A DNA stretch of 64,000 bases, taken from assembly GCA_028534125.1 (NCBI GenBank), contig CM052817.1, positions 17,982,001-18,046,000 of the forward strand. Direction: 5' to 3'. Position 1 is the first letter of the stretch. Each line of letters opens with the position of its first letter. Of this stretch, positions 40,090 to 53,485 are shown one piece after another. The translations under genes were made by a program, and so were the position numbers. This DNA is from Lama glama (Eukaryota). The notes under the pieces were generated by a model that did not search any database, was not told where the DNA came from, and was given only the letters and a program-made list of their open reading frames with translations.

Positions 40090-41320
40090 AGCTTCTTTAT
40101 TGACCAGCCGAGCTGAAACTCATCTTTGACTTTCATGGCACTGTTCTCTCCTTGCACTTCTCAGTGTGGGTCCCAGAGTCTTTCCCAGGGCATCCACCTC
40201 TGCCTTTCTTTAAGCACTGGTGTCCCAGTGTCCCATCCCTGCCTTGTTCTGCTGCCCTTCTTTTCATACATTTTCCTGGGACTTCTTACCTGCTCTCTTG
40301 CTTCTGTTTGTTAGTTACTCTAAAATTTATGTCTTCAATTCTGACTTCTACAGTATTTAACTCAAACTTAACATGTCTCAGCCTGAACTAATTCATCTTC
40401 GTATGCCCACTCTTTAAAAAAGAACAAACAAAGACAAAAATTAAATAACAAAACAAAACAAAACTCTGTCCTGTTTCTCTCTCAGTTAATGGGACTCTCA
40501 TGTAACCAGTAATTCAAAGCCTAAAACCTGGCAGTCATTCTTGATTCCTTTCAGTCTTGGACCCCTTTCATCTAATAAGTCACCAGGCTCATCCAATTTT
40601 ATCTTCAAAAATACATCTGGGACCCTCTCTCCCTCACCATAACTACTGCCTTACCCTCATTCAGACTGTTATCTCTAGTTCATTCACTGTAGCAGATAGC
40701 TGGCTAATCTTTCTTCCTCCAGTCTTTTCTAGCTTTTTGCACAATGCTGTCTGAGTTATACATCTGAAAGGAAAACCTGAAAGCTGCCACTTTTCTCCTT
40801 AGAGTTTTCTTAACACCTCCTCATCCCTTTTAAGCAGTGTGCAAGCATACTGTAAGAGGCGTCTCTTGTCTCTGGCCCCCATTCAGTCTAACTCCTAGCT
40901 TCATTTCTCACCTTGTCCCACCTCACTTTTTTTTTTTAATCACAGTAATATCAAATGATTAACTCTTTACCCACACGCGGCTACATAAGCACTATCATTA
41001 CCTCTCCTCTTCCCGCTGGCAGTAGTCCGCCCAGCCTTTCTTCACTTGGCCGTCCTCAAAGCTCAGGTCAGGCACGGTCCTCTTCAGGAAACTTTTCCTG
41101 CATCCCCAGGTTGGGTTAGGGGCCCTTTCTCTAGGATCCCATGGTACCCAGCGCGAAAATCTATGGTATCTCTTACTATGTTATCTTGATATTGTTTGCT
41201 TATGCTTATCTGCCCTCTACAGTGCAGGCTTCTTGAGGTTCAAGATTGTATCGTTGACTTCTGTTCCTCCAGCAGCTACCTGTAGTGGGGCCTTAATGAG
41301 TATTTATTTGAACTAAATTA
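40090..41320 (+). mobile_element. Fragmented L2 LINE
   Basis: ctcaaacttaacatgtctc; cctaaaacctggcagtcattcttgattcc; L2-like 3' end near 41300. Confidence 0.65.
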
Positions 41321-41849
41321 GAGGCTTTTTAATTTAATAGTTATGTGTAACCTTTGTTACATCTGTCTCCCCAGAAACTTAATTTTCATATAACTTTTTA
41401 TATTTATATAAGAATCGGGAAATAAGAAAAAAATTAATACCTCTGAAAGGCCAAATAGGATGTCCATGGACTCAAGTTCCTTCTCTCTATTCACAGGAGA
41501 GCTTTTTCAACTTCATTGGGGATATATTAGCTTTTTACTTAACATACATGTCTAACAAACTTGGTTGCTGGTCTTTATGCCCTCCTACAAAAAAAGAAGT
41601 GTGGAAAGAAGCTGATATAGATAGGAAAATGGCTGACAACAGAAGCGAAAATCAGAGACTTCACAAAGGAAAATAGAAAAGCTATAAAACAGCATATAAA
41701 AGCATTCCCGCAAATCAGTCTGGGACCATTTTATGGAAAAGCCAGTAACCCTCCACCCTTTTAAAAAATATCATTGGGTTGTAACATATTATGGTAATTT
41801 AAGGCTTTTATAATGAGCTTAAGGCACCAAGAAAAAAATGCTCCTATAA

Positions 41850-42100
41850 TAATAGCAGTAATAGTAGTTGCAGCAGCAGCCGCTAACATCTTCCACGCAA
41901 AACTATAGACCAGGCCGTGTGCAAAGTACACTACACGTACTAACTCACTTAATCCATACAAGGTCCTTCCAAGGAAGCTACTAATAGATAAAGAAGCTGA
42001 GGCACAGGGCATCCACTTGCCCCGCTGGTGAGTGGCAAATGCAGGCTCTGAGGCCGAACTCTTCAACTTCAGAAGCAATATTCTTAATCCCCATGCCCTA
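41850..42100 (-). mobile_element. MIR SINE
   Basis: aactcacttaatccatacaa...gaagctgaggcacagggcatccacttgccc. Confidence 0.7.
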
Positions 42101-42504
42101 CTCCCTCAGAAAGACGTTATTGAGTCATTATAGTGTCTTTTGGAAGAAAATTAAGTATTTAACATATTGAAAAAGTAGATGTATACAATAGGTTCCAGAA
42201 AGAATTTCATCCAGAATAAAAATAGGTTAATGCTTAATAGGGTAAACCCACAGCTGTTCGTAAACTTAATACTTAAGAATCATTTCTTTCCTCAGGTTGT
42301 TTTAGAGCCTTACCAGGATCAGAGAGGACTCTCTTCTCTGGCAATGAGTCCGAAATTGCATAACAAGAAGAGACAAAGAGCAGTCAGTCTTTCTGTCCCT
42401 TTACTCTTTCCTCAAGGCAACACTAGCAACATTTTTCTGTCACCTGCCCTGTTTTTCAACCCCTGCCAAAGATAGGATTACTTTGAAATCTCAAGGACAT
42501 CTCT

Positions 42505-42531
42505 ACCACCACCACCACCACCACCACCACC
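42505..42531 (+). repeat. (ACC)9 trinucleotide repeat
   Basis: Direct reading. Confidence 0.95.
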
Positions 42532-42859
42532 AAAACTGGCCTGGCTCTCAGGTCACTGGGGCTCACACAGAGAGGTTTGCTTGTAGCTCCCTGACACACT
42601 CTCCATCCTGACCAGGCAGGTGCTTACAAGGGACAGAGGTTCGCTCACCACTTCCCCACCTGTGATCGCCTTTCCTTGGGTAGAAATAGCAGGCCACAGG
42701 GGCCAGGACATTCGAGGCCTTGTCCATGGATAGACTGTCTCTAGTAGATTCATTTAACAACTGGTGAGCAAAATTTCTGAGCTGAAGGAGAGTCTGCCTG
42801 GGAATTTTATAAGGTTTTCCTGCTTTTATTCTTTGTTCAACATGTATAATTTGTCTTTA

Positions 42860-43370
42860 TTCATTTAATAAATACTTCTTGGCCTTGCTCTAGTTCCCCT
42901 TTTAGGTGAGTAGCCCACAGTAAAGGACACAGATAAAGGACCTGCTTCAGGGACCGTGCGTTCTAGTGAGGGAGACGTGCGATGAGTAGCTAATGTGAAT
43001 AAATAACTCTGCAACTATACAGGGAGTGATGATGTGAACAATGAAAGGGAACGGAAGTTGTTAGTGGGCAGGGAGGCAGGGAGGCAGGGAGGCGGGGGGC
43101 GCAGCTCTTGTAGACCAGGGAGTCAGGAAAGATGCCTCTGGGGCAGTAGAATGTGAACAGAGCCCAGGATCTGCAGGGAAGGGGAGGAGCACTCCGGAGG
43201 GAATGCACAGCATGTTCGCAGGCCTGAGGCAGGAATGGCCTCGATGATTTGAAGAACAACAAGATGGCCAGTGTGACCGACGACAGTGAGCAAAACATAA
43301 ATTGGTACAAGGTGAGGGAGGAGAGGTTGACAGGGGCCTGGTCGGGTCGGGAGACAGCTACAAGTTTCAT
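42860..43370 (-). mobile_element. L2 fragment
   Basis: attcatttaataaatac tail; gcaggcctgaggcaggaatggcctcgatgatttgaagaacaacaagatggccagtgtg. Confidence 0.7.
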
Positions 43371-44047
43371 CTGGTAAGTCCAGTGTCTGGGCTTCCTTAG
43401 AGGCCATTTCTATTAATTGTTTCTTTTCCTGTGAATTGACTATATACTTTCTTATTTCTTTGCGTGCATAGTAATTTTGTTGTTGTTGATAACTAGATAT
43501 TTGAGTATTATAATTTTCTCCCTTTCCCAGAATTTGCTGTTATTATTTGTGGGTTGTAGTTGTTTGTTGAGTGACTTTTCTAAACTATAAAGATTACCTT
43601 CTTTTGTATTGAGTGCCCACTGAAGTCTCTGTTCTATTAGCTCAGTAATTAGTAAGTGATTTGACAAGAGATTTCCGGATGTCTGAAACCAAAAAAGAAA
43701 AAAATTCTCCCAGTCTTTGCTGATAGGCCGTGTGAAGGGGTATTCCTTCAAGGCTTAGCCAGGCCGTTTACAGCTCTGCCTTAGCTTTCACTTCCTGCTT
43801 GCACAGAGCCCAGAAGTCAGGCAGAAGCGAAAGCTGAAATTTTAAAAAGAAAGAAGAAGAAGAAAAGAAAGCTGAAGGTCTTTTTTAGATTCCCCTGATT
43901 ATAGAGGAGCTTTTCAGAGCCTTTATCCCTCTGTATACATACTTCCTCAGCCTCCTCCTTCCCAGGCTCTCCAGTCTGTCTGCTCCTCGCCCCATCTGTT
44001 ATCCCTTGCTGCCCCAGGTGGCTAAGGCTAATATATTTGAGGTATAT

Positions 44048-44080
<33 letters not shown>

Positions 44081-44082
44081 CA

Positions 44083-44115
<33 letters not shown>

Positions 44116-44500
44116 GCAAATATATTTTAAATGCTTTTGATCAATATCCCTGGCTGGCCACTTCAGCCGAATCCCTCAGGTCAAAACACAACCAATTTTT
44201 TGATTCAAGATCCATATTGCCCCCTTCTGGCATCAGAAAGCTGCACCAGGATTGTGGGCAGCTGTCTTTATAGCCACCAAGCTGGAAAGTAGGGGATAGT
44301 AGTGGGTAAATTAAAATACCACAATCTTCTCTTTCCAAAATTCAGGAGCGTCCGTCTTTATTAAGTTTCCTTGATTGCTGTGTTTTTAAATTAGATTCCA
44401 GACTTTGAAAAAATTGATTCTAGCAGTTCTAGCCAGCTTAGCCATTTCTTTAGTGGAGGGGATGGAGTTTTAGTTTTCTACTTTGTCTTCTCAGTGACAT
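43370..44500 (-). mobile_element. Old L1M 5'-region fragments
   Basis: ggtaagtccagtgtctgggcttccttagagg...atttctttgcgtgcatagtaattttgttg, typical of antisense L1M 5' sequence. Confidence 0.55.
44043..44115 (+). repeat. Compound (TA)/(CA)n(CT)n(CA)n microsatellite
   Basis: Direct reading. Confidence 0.95.
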
Positions 44501-44884
44501 CTCTCCTCCAATTCCTGATTAATATTTCAAAAAGATCATCCTGAATACTATGTAAAATAAAAGTGTCACTCTAACTTAAGCTCCGCGAGAACAAGGGCCT
44601 TAATAATTTTGATGACCAGCATACCTAGCACGTGGAACCATGCATGGCATCAAGTCGCTGCTCAGGAAACAGTATTGAACAAGTGAGCGAATGAATGAGG
44701 GAATGACTGTAGATAATTATAGAGGAGCAAGAATAAAAGCAAGGAGGTGAGACTTGGGGAAAATATACATAGACCTGACTGAGACTTAAATGAACATCAT
44801 AATTTGCTAATACCATTTGTTTCCTCCAAGACAAAATAAGTCATTGCTAGTGAACATTAGGGAGAGGAGTTTTAGGACTCAGAG

Positions 44885-45055
44885 CAGTGGTTCTCCAGTA
44901 AGGGCAGTCCCACCCCCTGCCCCCCAGGGACAGTTGGTGATGTCTGAAGACGCATCTTGTTGTCAGAGGGCAGGGCATACTCACTGGGATCTCATGGGTG
45001 GAGGCCAGCGATGCTGCTACACCTGCAGTGCACAGGACAGCCCTTCACAAAGACT
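44885..45055 (+). mobile_element. MER20 (hAT-Charlie) MITE
   Basis: cagtggttctc...ccccccagggacagttggtgatgtctgaagac...gaggccagcgatgctgct...tgcagtgcacaggacagccc. Confidence 0.85.
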
Positions 45056-46279
45056 AGGGAAGACTTAGAAGAAATGACAAAAATATATCCTTTCAAACCT
45101 GCCTTCAAGTGTCAGGTTGGTAAACAGCAGTGTGCTTTGTCAACTATATTAATAAAATAAAATTCAAAACATCTTATATTCCAAAATTCACTGCACGTGT
45201 AACTTTAGACATAAATTGAAAAGTATGATTTTTAGATTGACAATAATGATTATGTACTAATGTTTTGGGAAATTTTAACTGCTATAATAAAGAAACAAAG
45301 TCATATTCTGAAGTTCTAGTTCAGAAAGATAACAGATTTGGCTAGAAAACAATTTGACCGTGGTCCTAATCCCTATGTTTACTGACCTGTAGGCTATATG
45401 TGGAATGAGAATAAGCAAAGGAAATGATCATTTCAACAAATGAATAAACTATGCTAAGTAATCCCAAATGAGTGTAAAAATTTGCTTCAACTGGAATGAT
45501 GTTAAGGGGAATCGGATGTGATGATTATGATCCAGCTACAAATGCTAAGTGTTAATAGAGATGGTGTGAAGATCAGGGGAAATATTTAGTAAGTGCAAAG
45601 CATGTTTATATCTAGAGTATTTTCACAGTCATATTTACTATTTATATCTCATCTAGCTCAAGATTTTATTTTTGTTGATAATGTTTACCGTTCTGCTATA
45701 TCAGAGGCCCATTAAATCATTACTCTATAAAGTTATTTCTATTGATTGGAGTAGGCAGTTAATATTTGAGACTTCTTCAGTTAAATAAAGGATCTTAAAA
45801 GAATCACCCACAGCAGACTTGTGGAACTCTGAGGCCAGATAAGAGATGGTGTCCCAAGCATCCCACTGCCTGTTAGAAGTGCACTCTTGGATGCTGGCCA
45901 GGTGGGTGAAACTTGACCCTTGAAAGACTGAAGTGCTGCGTGGCAAAGGAAAGGATTTTGAAAAACTGGCCAAGAACATGACAGCCTCTGAGATCAAAGA
46001 CATGCTTTAGGTGGTATGTGCCCTAGAGAGCTAATGAATTCTCCACTGCTTCTTAAGCCTCCTACTTTTCTTTGCCAGAATCTGACTTTGTCCTTCTTCA
46101 ACAGAGCAGACAACTTACCCTTTTTTGGCATCTGAAGCCCTGGCTAATCTTGACTAAGCTGAAGTGAACTCTTATTTAATACTGACCAAAAAAAACAAAA
46201 AGATTTTCTTGGGTTTAAGCTAGTTATCTAAGCTATCACATTTAACTAGTTAAATGTGATACTCTCCCTTCTGAGAGCA

Positions 46280-48900
46280 TAAAACAGCTCTAGTTAGTGA
46301 GCATCTGCTGTGTACTGAATACTATGCTGGTACGCTTTAAATAAATTAACTCATTCGTGCTTTAGCACAACCCAGTGAAGTCAGTATTATTTATCTCCAT
46401 TTTCAGAAGTGAAGATAGAGACTCAGAGAGTGTTGCTAACTTTCCTGGAGACACACAGGACTGGAACTCATGTCTGTATGACTTTGTTGGCCACTTATAA
46501 TTTCAACTCTGAGTTATTGAGAGCCTCCTATCCTATATGTTAATTACTTATTCATAAATAAGTCTTGTACTTTTTTATTTATAAGCCTTGATTATATTTA
46601 TAAATGTTCAAATCTACATCATTAGCAACATACATTGAGCATCTCACCTGTAGAAGAAACTATGCTGGATGCTAAAGGTAATACACAGTTTGAATTGTGG
46701 CCCTTCCGCAAAGAGCTTATGACCTAGCTGCTTATAGAACAGCTATAGATTTCAGAACTTGGGGGAAATGTGGTGAAAGTGTGATTAACTATTAGTCTTC
46801 TTAATACATGCATCCCTTATTGCTGCTTGGCAGTTCACTGATTCATTCACTATATGCTTCCTAAGGAAAAGTGCTTTGTCCTAAGGTATTCCTACACTCA
46901 GGACATCTTTATAAGTATTTGTAGATGAAAATTTGTAAGGCCTTCATTTCTGACTACCTTAACTTGTTTGTTCAAATGTTTCTGCAGTACTTAACAGAGG
47001 AAGCAAAAAGTGTTTTTGCAGTTAGAATATAGGGTTCTGTATAATAGCAATCTGCTTTGAGATTTAGTGTTTAGAAAGATATAATATGTACTTCTCTTTC
47101 TGCAAGGTATCAAAATATTCCTTCTGTTTATTAACTTATCTTTCTCTCTTAGCTTTTCTTTCACATGACAACATGATTATTTTGGAAAAGTTAGAAAAGA
47201 TGGACGTTTAAAATTGTTAAAAGGTTTTAATCAGTAAAGGAAACAAAATGAGGCCTCAGTTAAGGAAGATAGAAAACATGGGTGTTCACAAGAAGAACGA
47301 GAGACTCAGCCACAGATAAAAGCAGAGAGGGGGACTGAAGAAGAAGAACGGCCTTTGGGCCCTCCTGCTAAGTGTGCTGTTGAGCTAGAGCTGTAGCTGC
47401 AGTCTCGTTAGGAACATTGACTTTCAATATGTATCTAATCTGGTTTTGCATCTTTTTAGTTTCTAAAAAGCAAAAGATCTTTAAGTTGGAAAGAATCTTA
47501 CTATTGGAAGATCCTCATATGTCCAGTTTTCTTCAAGTCTCACAAATTTTTCTGTATTTTCTCTAGACATGACTGTTAAACATAGAATTTTAGAGTTAGT
47601 TCAGAGACAATCTCAGTCCCTTTTAATGACAACCAATTACTGAAGCTCAGGAGGTTTGATGACTTTCCTAAGATTACCCAGCTGGTTTGATAAGCCCATG
47701 ATGGAATCCTGATCTGACTACAGGCCAGTAAAATTCATGCTGCTTCTCTATTCATCATTTACTCCTTCTTTCACCTATTCATTCATTCAGCAAATGTGCG
47801 TTCATAATTAACTACGTTCATGGTATCATGAAATGCATACAAAGATGAATAAAACACATTTCCTGTCCTCTGCAGCAATTCATTCACCAGCTAATTATAA
47901 AGCAAAATATAGTGGAAGGATAGTGATGGAAATATGAACAAAGTGCCATGAGAATACAGAAGAATGAGCACTTATTATGACTAAGAGGTTAAGCGATGTT
48001 TCTCTGAGATTGTACTTGTCCTTAGCAAGGTTTTGATAGAAATTAAAGCATTTCAGGATACAGAATTATCAAGTTCAAAGCTACCAAAGTATGAAAGTGC
48101 ATGATGCATTCTGGTGATGGTGAGTAATGCAGTGTAGCTGTACCACAGTAGGTGTAGAGTCAGGATGACAAAGGGGAGGCAGATATATCTCAAGTTGACG
48201 TCATGAATGGTTAAGACCAGATGAAAGGTTTTGGTTTCACTCTGTAGTTACTTAACCTATATTACAAGGCTGGAATGTGAATTCCACAACTACAGAGAAC
48301 ATGTCACATTCATTTTAATATCTCCAGAAGCTGCAGGGTAGGTTTTCAAACATTGGTTGATTGGATGAGTAGGAACTCAGAAAATATTTGGTGGGTGGAT
48401 GAATGGTCAGTAAAGGTGTTTTTTCAAGGTCTCATCAACATTTTAGGAGATAACCTGACCCATTACGAAAGTTGGTTGGAGGGCAGAGTCTGGGGAAAGA
48501 GACACCAATTAGGAGACTCTTGCAGGACCATAGGTAAGAGTTTATCAGAGCCTGAACTCAGGCCCTGGAAGTAGGAAGGAAATGAACAGTTAAAAAATGG
48601 TATCAGTAGGTCCTCTAGGGCTTCATGTATTCATTCCACAGACATTTAATGAGTACCTATTAAATTCTGGGCACTATACTTGCCTCGGGATGGAAATAAA
48701 TAAGGAATAGTTTGTACTCAAGGGATTTATTCCATTGGAAGAATGAAAAGTGATTATAATGTAGTGTATAAGAGAAGGAAAAAGATCATTTGTTAAGTAC
48801 CGACTTTGCATCAAGTGTTGTGCTGGGCACATAACATACATCTTCTTATTTAATCTTCACAACCTCATTGGTATTGTTCTCACTTTATACCTGAAGGCAA
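46280..48900. mobile_element. Cluster of MIR and L2 fragments
   Basis: MIR cores near 46380, 47650 and 48840; attcattcattcagcaaatg L2 tail near 47780. Confidence 0.6.
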
Positions 48901-48924
48901 GTCTGTTCCTAGCTTTCTCAGGGT

Positions 48925-49470
48925 ACAGGGCAGGAGTACAATTGAAAGTCCACCTACTATAAGTCTAGATTTTTTTTAAAGTTCTAAACCAGACTGATAA
49001 ACTGATAAGTAACATCTGCTTTGTTTTCTTGTCTTGACAGATGTACCTTTAAGCAATCTGGATGACCAGGTTCAAATTCAGAATTCTTAGACTTGTCAGC
49101 AGTCCCCAGCTAGTGGTACCCCCACTCACTCCTCACCCGTGGTGGCTCCACCCCACACCCAGACAGCCTTCATGCATATGGACCCTCTACCTGCAGGTCC
49201 AAGCTCTGTTCACATCTTCCACAAGTAGCCACCCTTTGGCCACCTCTCCATCCTGAAGACATGCACCCATCAGGAAGGTAGCTCCACCGAAGAGGCCATG
49301 CAGAACCGGGAAGCTGACTTAGGGCCTCTGGGCTGGGAATTTCAGAGTCTAGGTATCTGGGTGTGGTCTGGAAGGAGGGACATGGACTCTGGGTGAGGGG
49401 TATAGTCAGAGGAAAGTCCGAGCAGGGCCCTTACTCCAAGCCCCTCTGCCTTGGCCTAAGAGCAGTTCTG
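48925..49470. mobile_element. hAT (Tip100-group-like) DNA transposon fragment splitting a MIR
   Basis: cagggcaggagtacaattgaaagtccac...gaccaggttcaaattcagaattct; MIR resumes at about 49475 (caggttaagtaactgaccca). Confidence 0.5.
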
Positions 49471-50392
49471 GATGAAGAAACAGGTTAAGTAACTGACCCA
49501 ACCATACACGGGTAGAAAGCAGAGCCAGAATTGTGCAGGACTGTCTCTGCGCACAGAGGACGGGGTACCTCAGTCAGCCAGGGCGAATCAGGTGGCACAG
49601 CATACTGATTAATATAGTTTGAAATCTCAAAGGGGTGGGGCTGAACAGCGCTGGAGGTGGAGGGCGGCTCTGCCTGCAGCCCGTGTCCTCAGCCCTAGAG
49701 GCGGAAGGGGTGGCCATCAGTTTGGCAGGATTAGAGCTGTGCTTGTGGGATAGGGGAGAAAAGTGAAACTGCTGATGTTAGATTGTGGTCAAGTCCTGAA
49801 GAGTTAAGTATTCTTTATCCTAAAGGGACAGGAAAGGAACACAATCATATTTAGGTACAAGAGCTGAGGGAAAACTAGGAAGCAAAGATGGAGGCGCAGG
49901 AAACTGGGCTTTTCCTGTTTGAATTAGGGGCTAATAATGAGAACACCGGTGGAAGAAGGGAGAAAACAAGGATGACAGAGTCTTGGAAGGTGGCTGCACT
50001 TAAGGGGTGGGTAGCAGAACTAGCCCCAAACACAACAGGACACAAGCAAAAACCGAGCAGCAGAAGCTTCTGAGAGGCAGGGAGCCTGACCTGCGCAGCG
50101 TCACCAGGGCCTGATGGGCTCACGTCTGAGAAGGGCCTTTCAGTGGCTGTGGGGCCAGGACACACACACAGAGGAGACCCCTGGATTCAGCATCAGATCG
50201 GGGTCAGAGAGGGAAACCAGCTTATAAGGAATTGGGGATATATAATGAGGAAGAAAAGAAAGTTAATTTAGTTTGTTTTTTAAAAATTAAGCCTGGCTTC
50301 AAAAGAAGGAGAGAGATTAGAGATTTGTTTCATGGGAAAGTAAGGTCCAGGGAAGAACAGGAACAAATCCTCCTCCTCTTCTTCATTATTTA

Positions 50393-50434
50393 TTATGATT
50401 ATGATTATGATTATGATTATGATTATGATTATTA
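50393..50434 (+). repeat. (TTATGA)6 hexanucleotide repeat plus one variant unit
   Basis: Direct reading. Confidence 0.95.
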
Positions 50435-50925
50435 GCGAGGATATGTTTAAGACCTTTGTGTGAAAGTTTGCAGTGAGGTAGGAGACTGAAGAGAGGAGGA
50501 CTTTCACAGGACCTGCCCACCTCTTGCCTCTGTTCCTCCATCACTAGGAATGAGAGCCGATGCCACCACTATCCGCCTGCAGACCAGCTGACCTCAGGAA
50601 ACTCACCCCAGTTCGTAGCAATCACCCCACAAACCCCAGGGCTTCCAGGCCACCCCTAATCAGATGACTGTCACCTCCAGAGCTTCAGAAGCTCTTTTAT
50701 CCCCGCTCCCCTGGCCTTGTCCCCTCTTCCCCTCTTCCCTCCGTTTTCTCTCTTCATGGTACTTATCACTGACATGTATTCACCTATTTTATCATGACTT
50801 TTCTGTCCCTAGTGAAAAGTAAGCTCCAGATCTCAGAACAGCATACATAGTAGAGGCTCAACACATATTTGTTGACTGATGCACATAAAAGAGGACGGGG
50901 CAGATTGATGGGCAGGATTCCAGAG

Positions 50926-51112
50926 CAGAGGCTGGCACCCTTTTTTCTTGAAAGAGCCAGATAGTAAAGATTTTAAATTTTGCTAGCCACAACCTGTCTC
51001 TGCCACCTATTCTTCTTTCTTGTGTGTTTTTTTTTAAATAACCTTTGAAAAATGTAAAATCCATTCGTAGCTCACAGGCCACACACAGACAAGCCACAGA
51101 TCTGACCATAGC
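50926..51112 (+). mobile_element. MER58-family (hAT-Charlie) MITE
   Basis: cagaggctggcaccc...aaagagccagatagtaaagattttaaattttgc. Confidence 0.75.
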
Positions 51113-51894
51113 TTCTGAGAAAGGCAAGGAAACAGGATTAAGCACAGGTGAAGATGTTAGCTCTGAAAAAGAAAAAGGAACCAGCTTCCTCTGAAGACCC
51201 CCTCAAAGGGACATGAGGAAACAGGTGACGTGTGTGAAGGACATTTGAGGTAGAGAACAGACAAGTGAGAGTTTCTGTCCGTGGCGTCAGCCTCCTAAGG
51301 AGGGGAAGTGAGTTCTGCAGGTGGGTGCAGAGTAGGAAGGTTCTGAAAGAACAGGGCGGCTGATCAAATAGAGACGGCCAAGGAAAGGGGTGGACAACGC
51401 AGGATTCAGACCAAGCTGGACAGCATGACTCTGTGGTGTGTTCTAGAAGACTGTGGGAAAATGGGAAAGAGCAGATCCTGAGAACTATAGCTTGTGAAGT
51501 GTAAGTGTGATGTTGCACAGAATTCTAAAGGTGGTTGGCCTGGCATACCAGTTCAGAGCTGTGTTGGATTTTTCTCATACTCTTTTTTTGATCAAGTTAC
51601 ACCTAGAATCCACAAAGAAATATGAGCTAACTTGTGAATGATAATATCAATAATTAACTTTTATTAAGAGCCTAAGTTATTTATTTATTAATGGCCAAGC
51701 TACAGTTATTGTTATTATCTCATTCAATCATTTATGTAGGTTCTAGCTTTATCTCTGGTTTACAAGGTGAGGCACCTGAAGGTTATAGAAGTTAAGAAAC
51801 TTACCTAGAGGCATACAGAGTTCTTAAACAGCAGAGCTAGATGAACCCAGCCAAGTCTGCTCTTAACTCACCGCAGTAGGGTGCTGATCAGTGA

Positions 51895-52660
51895 GTTACT
51901 ATCAACATGGAAGGCGGTCTCTAGACACAAGTCCTGTCCTCACTCTGTCTTGTTCAGCATTTTTATAATGTTCTACATGAGGACATAGATAGTGCATTTA
52001 TCAAACTGTCCAACAATGTGATGCAGGAAAAATGGGGACTACATTATATAATGAGATAAGAATCCAGGATTATCTCAAATTGGAACGGTCCGCTAAAAAA
52101 GAGATGGAACAGAGATAAGAATACAGTCCTTTACTTAGGTCAGAAGCAACTGCGCAAGTGCGCTGTGCTTTAGCCGTGGGTGTGGAGGAGGGCGAGTGCT
52201 TAGAGTCTCTAGTCACCTCGCTCTGAGGATTGCTGTGAGCTGCAGCTTGTCCAGAGGAGAACAGAGTAAAGAAACTATTCAGGACTGCTCCATGTGAGGA
52301 ACTGTCAAACTCATAAAGTCTAGAAGCAAAACAAACAAACACAAAATCCCCAACCTGGTGGTGATGGGGGTTAGGGAGAGAAGGTCTTCAAGTATTTCTG
52401 AAAGTTTTCATAAAAGGGAAGTTAGGCTTGTTCCGTGTGACCTTTGTGGTCAGAACTAGCAACAGTAAGGGGGGATTATAGGGAGCCAGAGTTTGACTCA
52501 GTATGAGAAGTAACTCCCCCCAAGTTACACCTGTTCAAAATTGTAATTGGTTGCATTGAGAATTAGGGTGTCACCGATTGCTGGGTGTGTTTTAGACTGA
52601 GACTGAGCCAGCATTCATTTGAACGTACTCTAAATGACCTCTGAAGTCTCTGCCAATGCT
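51895..52660 (+). mobile_element. L3/CR1 LINE relic (RT region to 3' end)
   Basis: Decayed tgg..gtctctag...cttgttcagcatttttataatg...tttatcaaactg resembling the CR1 RT segment LFNIFINDL...LIKFADD; gtcttcaagtat and tgacctctgaagtc 3' motifs. Confidence 0.65.
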
Positions 52661-53452
52661 GTTTTGCCTCTGAACGTGGCAGATGAATAAAGCATCTCTA
52701 TACTGTTGTCCAGAAGAGTGAACTTCTCAGCGTTCTTCTGTGTTTGCAGCCTGACTTAGTACACTGTTAGGTGTATGTGGTGTATACACCACAGAACTTC
52801 TGTTTTGGGCCTAAGCTGTACAAGTTCTAATCTTTCACGTAGAATGTGACGAGATGTTTAGTATACCAGGTTAGGCTTCGAGTATTTCTTTTAAATGAAT
52901 GTGTACTTTACTTGTGTGTAATTCTTGCCAAAGCTTACACTGAATTTGTACTGTACTCCTGCCAGCACTTTTTCTAAACCACATCCTGTGATGTAATTTT
53001 TGGTAAGTTTATAAGGGAATGCATCCATATGAGAGGTGCCTTGAAATGCTCACTTAAACCTTTTAACAAATTGGATTCTTAACATACAGGATGAAGTCGT
53101 TTCAGGAAGAATTTAATCTGTTGACTTTCTGAGACCACAGTAGTTAGTTCTTACACTTATTTCTGTGATCTGCCTTGTTCTGATTTTGTAACATGTGTTC
53201 ACAATCTTAATTTCCACCATTATCAACAGAAAGTTAACTGGATATATTTTGAAAACCTCTAGACTGTTTTCCTAAAGGTATTAAAAAGCATATCATTTTG
53301 TTGGTTACCATCACTAAGTCTTTCTGACATTCAAGAACAAAGTTGAAGCAAAAATAGGAAATCTCTCTATTTTGGGTTTTAACCTTTTATTAGTTTACCT
53401 AGTAATTCAGTGGGTATACAAATTGAAAAGATATACTTTTTTATTTTTTTAG

Positions 53453-53485
53453 GTGTAATCCCTTTTCATGGATTTTCAATGTATG
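53453..53485 (+). CDS. TBC1D19: TBC1D19 internal coding micro-exon (33 nt, phase 1-1): (G)VIPFHGFSMY(V)
   Basis: T-run plus ag acceptor and ATG|gtaagt donor; exactly bridges PPNG and VAPL. Confidence 0.94.

Noticed and set aside
42296..42381. Possible cryptic exon after the strong acceptor ttctttcctcag
   Set aside because: No good donor and not needed: exons 39233-39277 and 53453-53485 already join to give the expected protein
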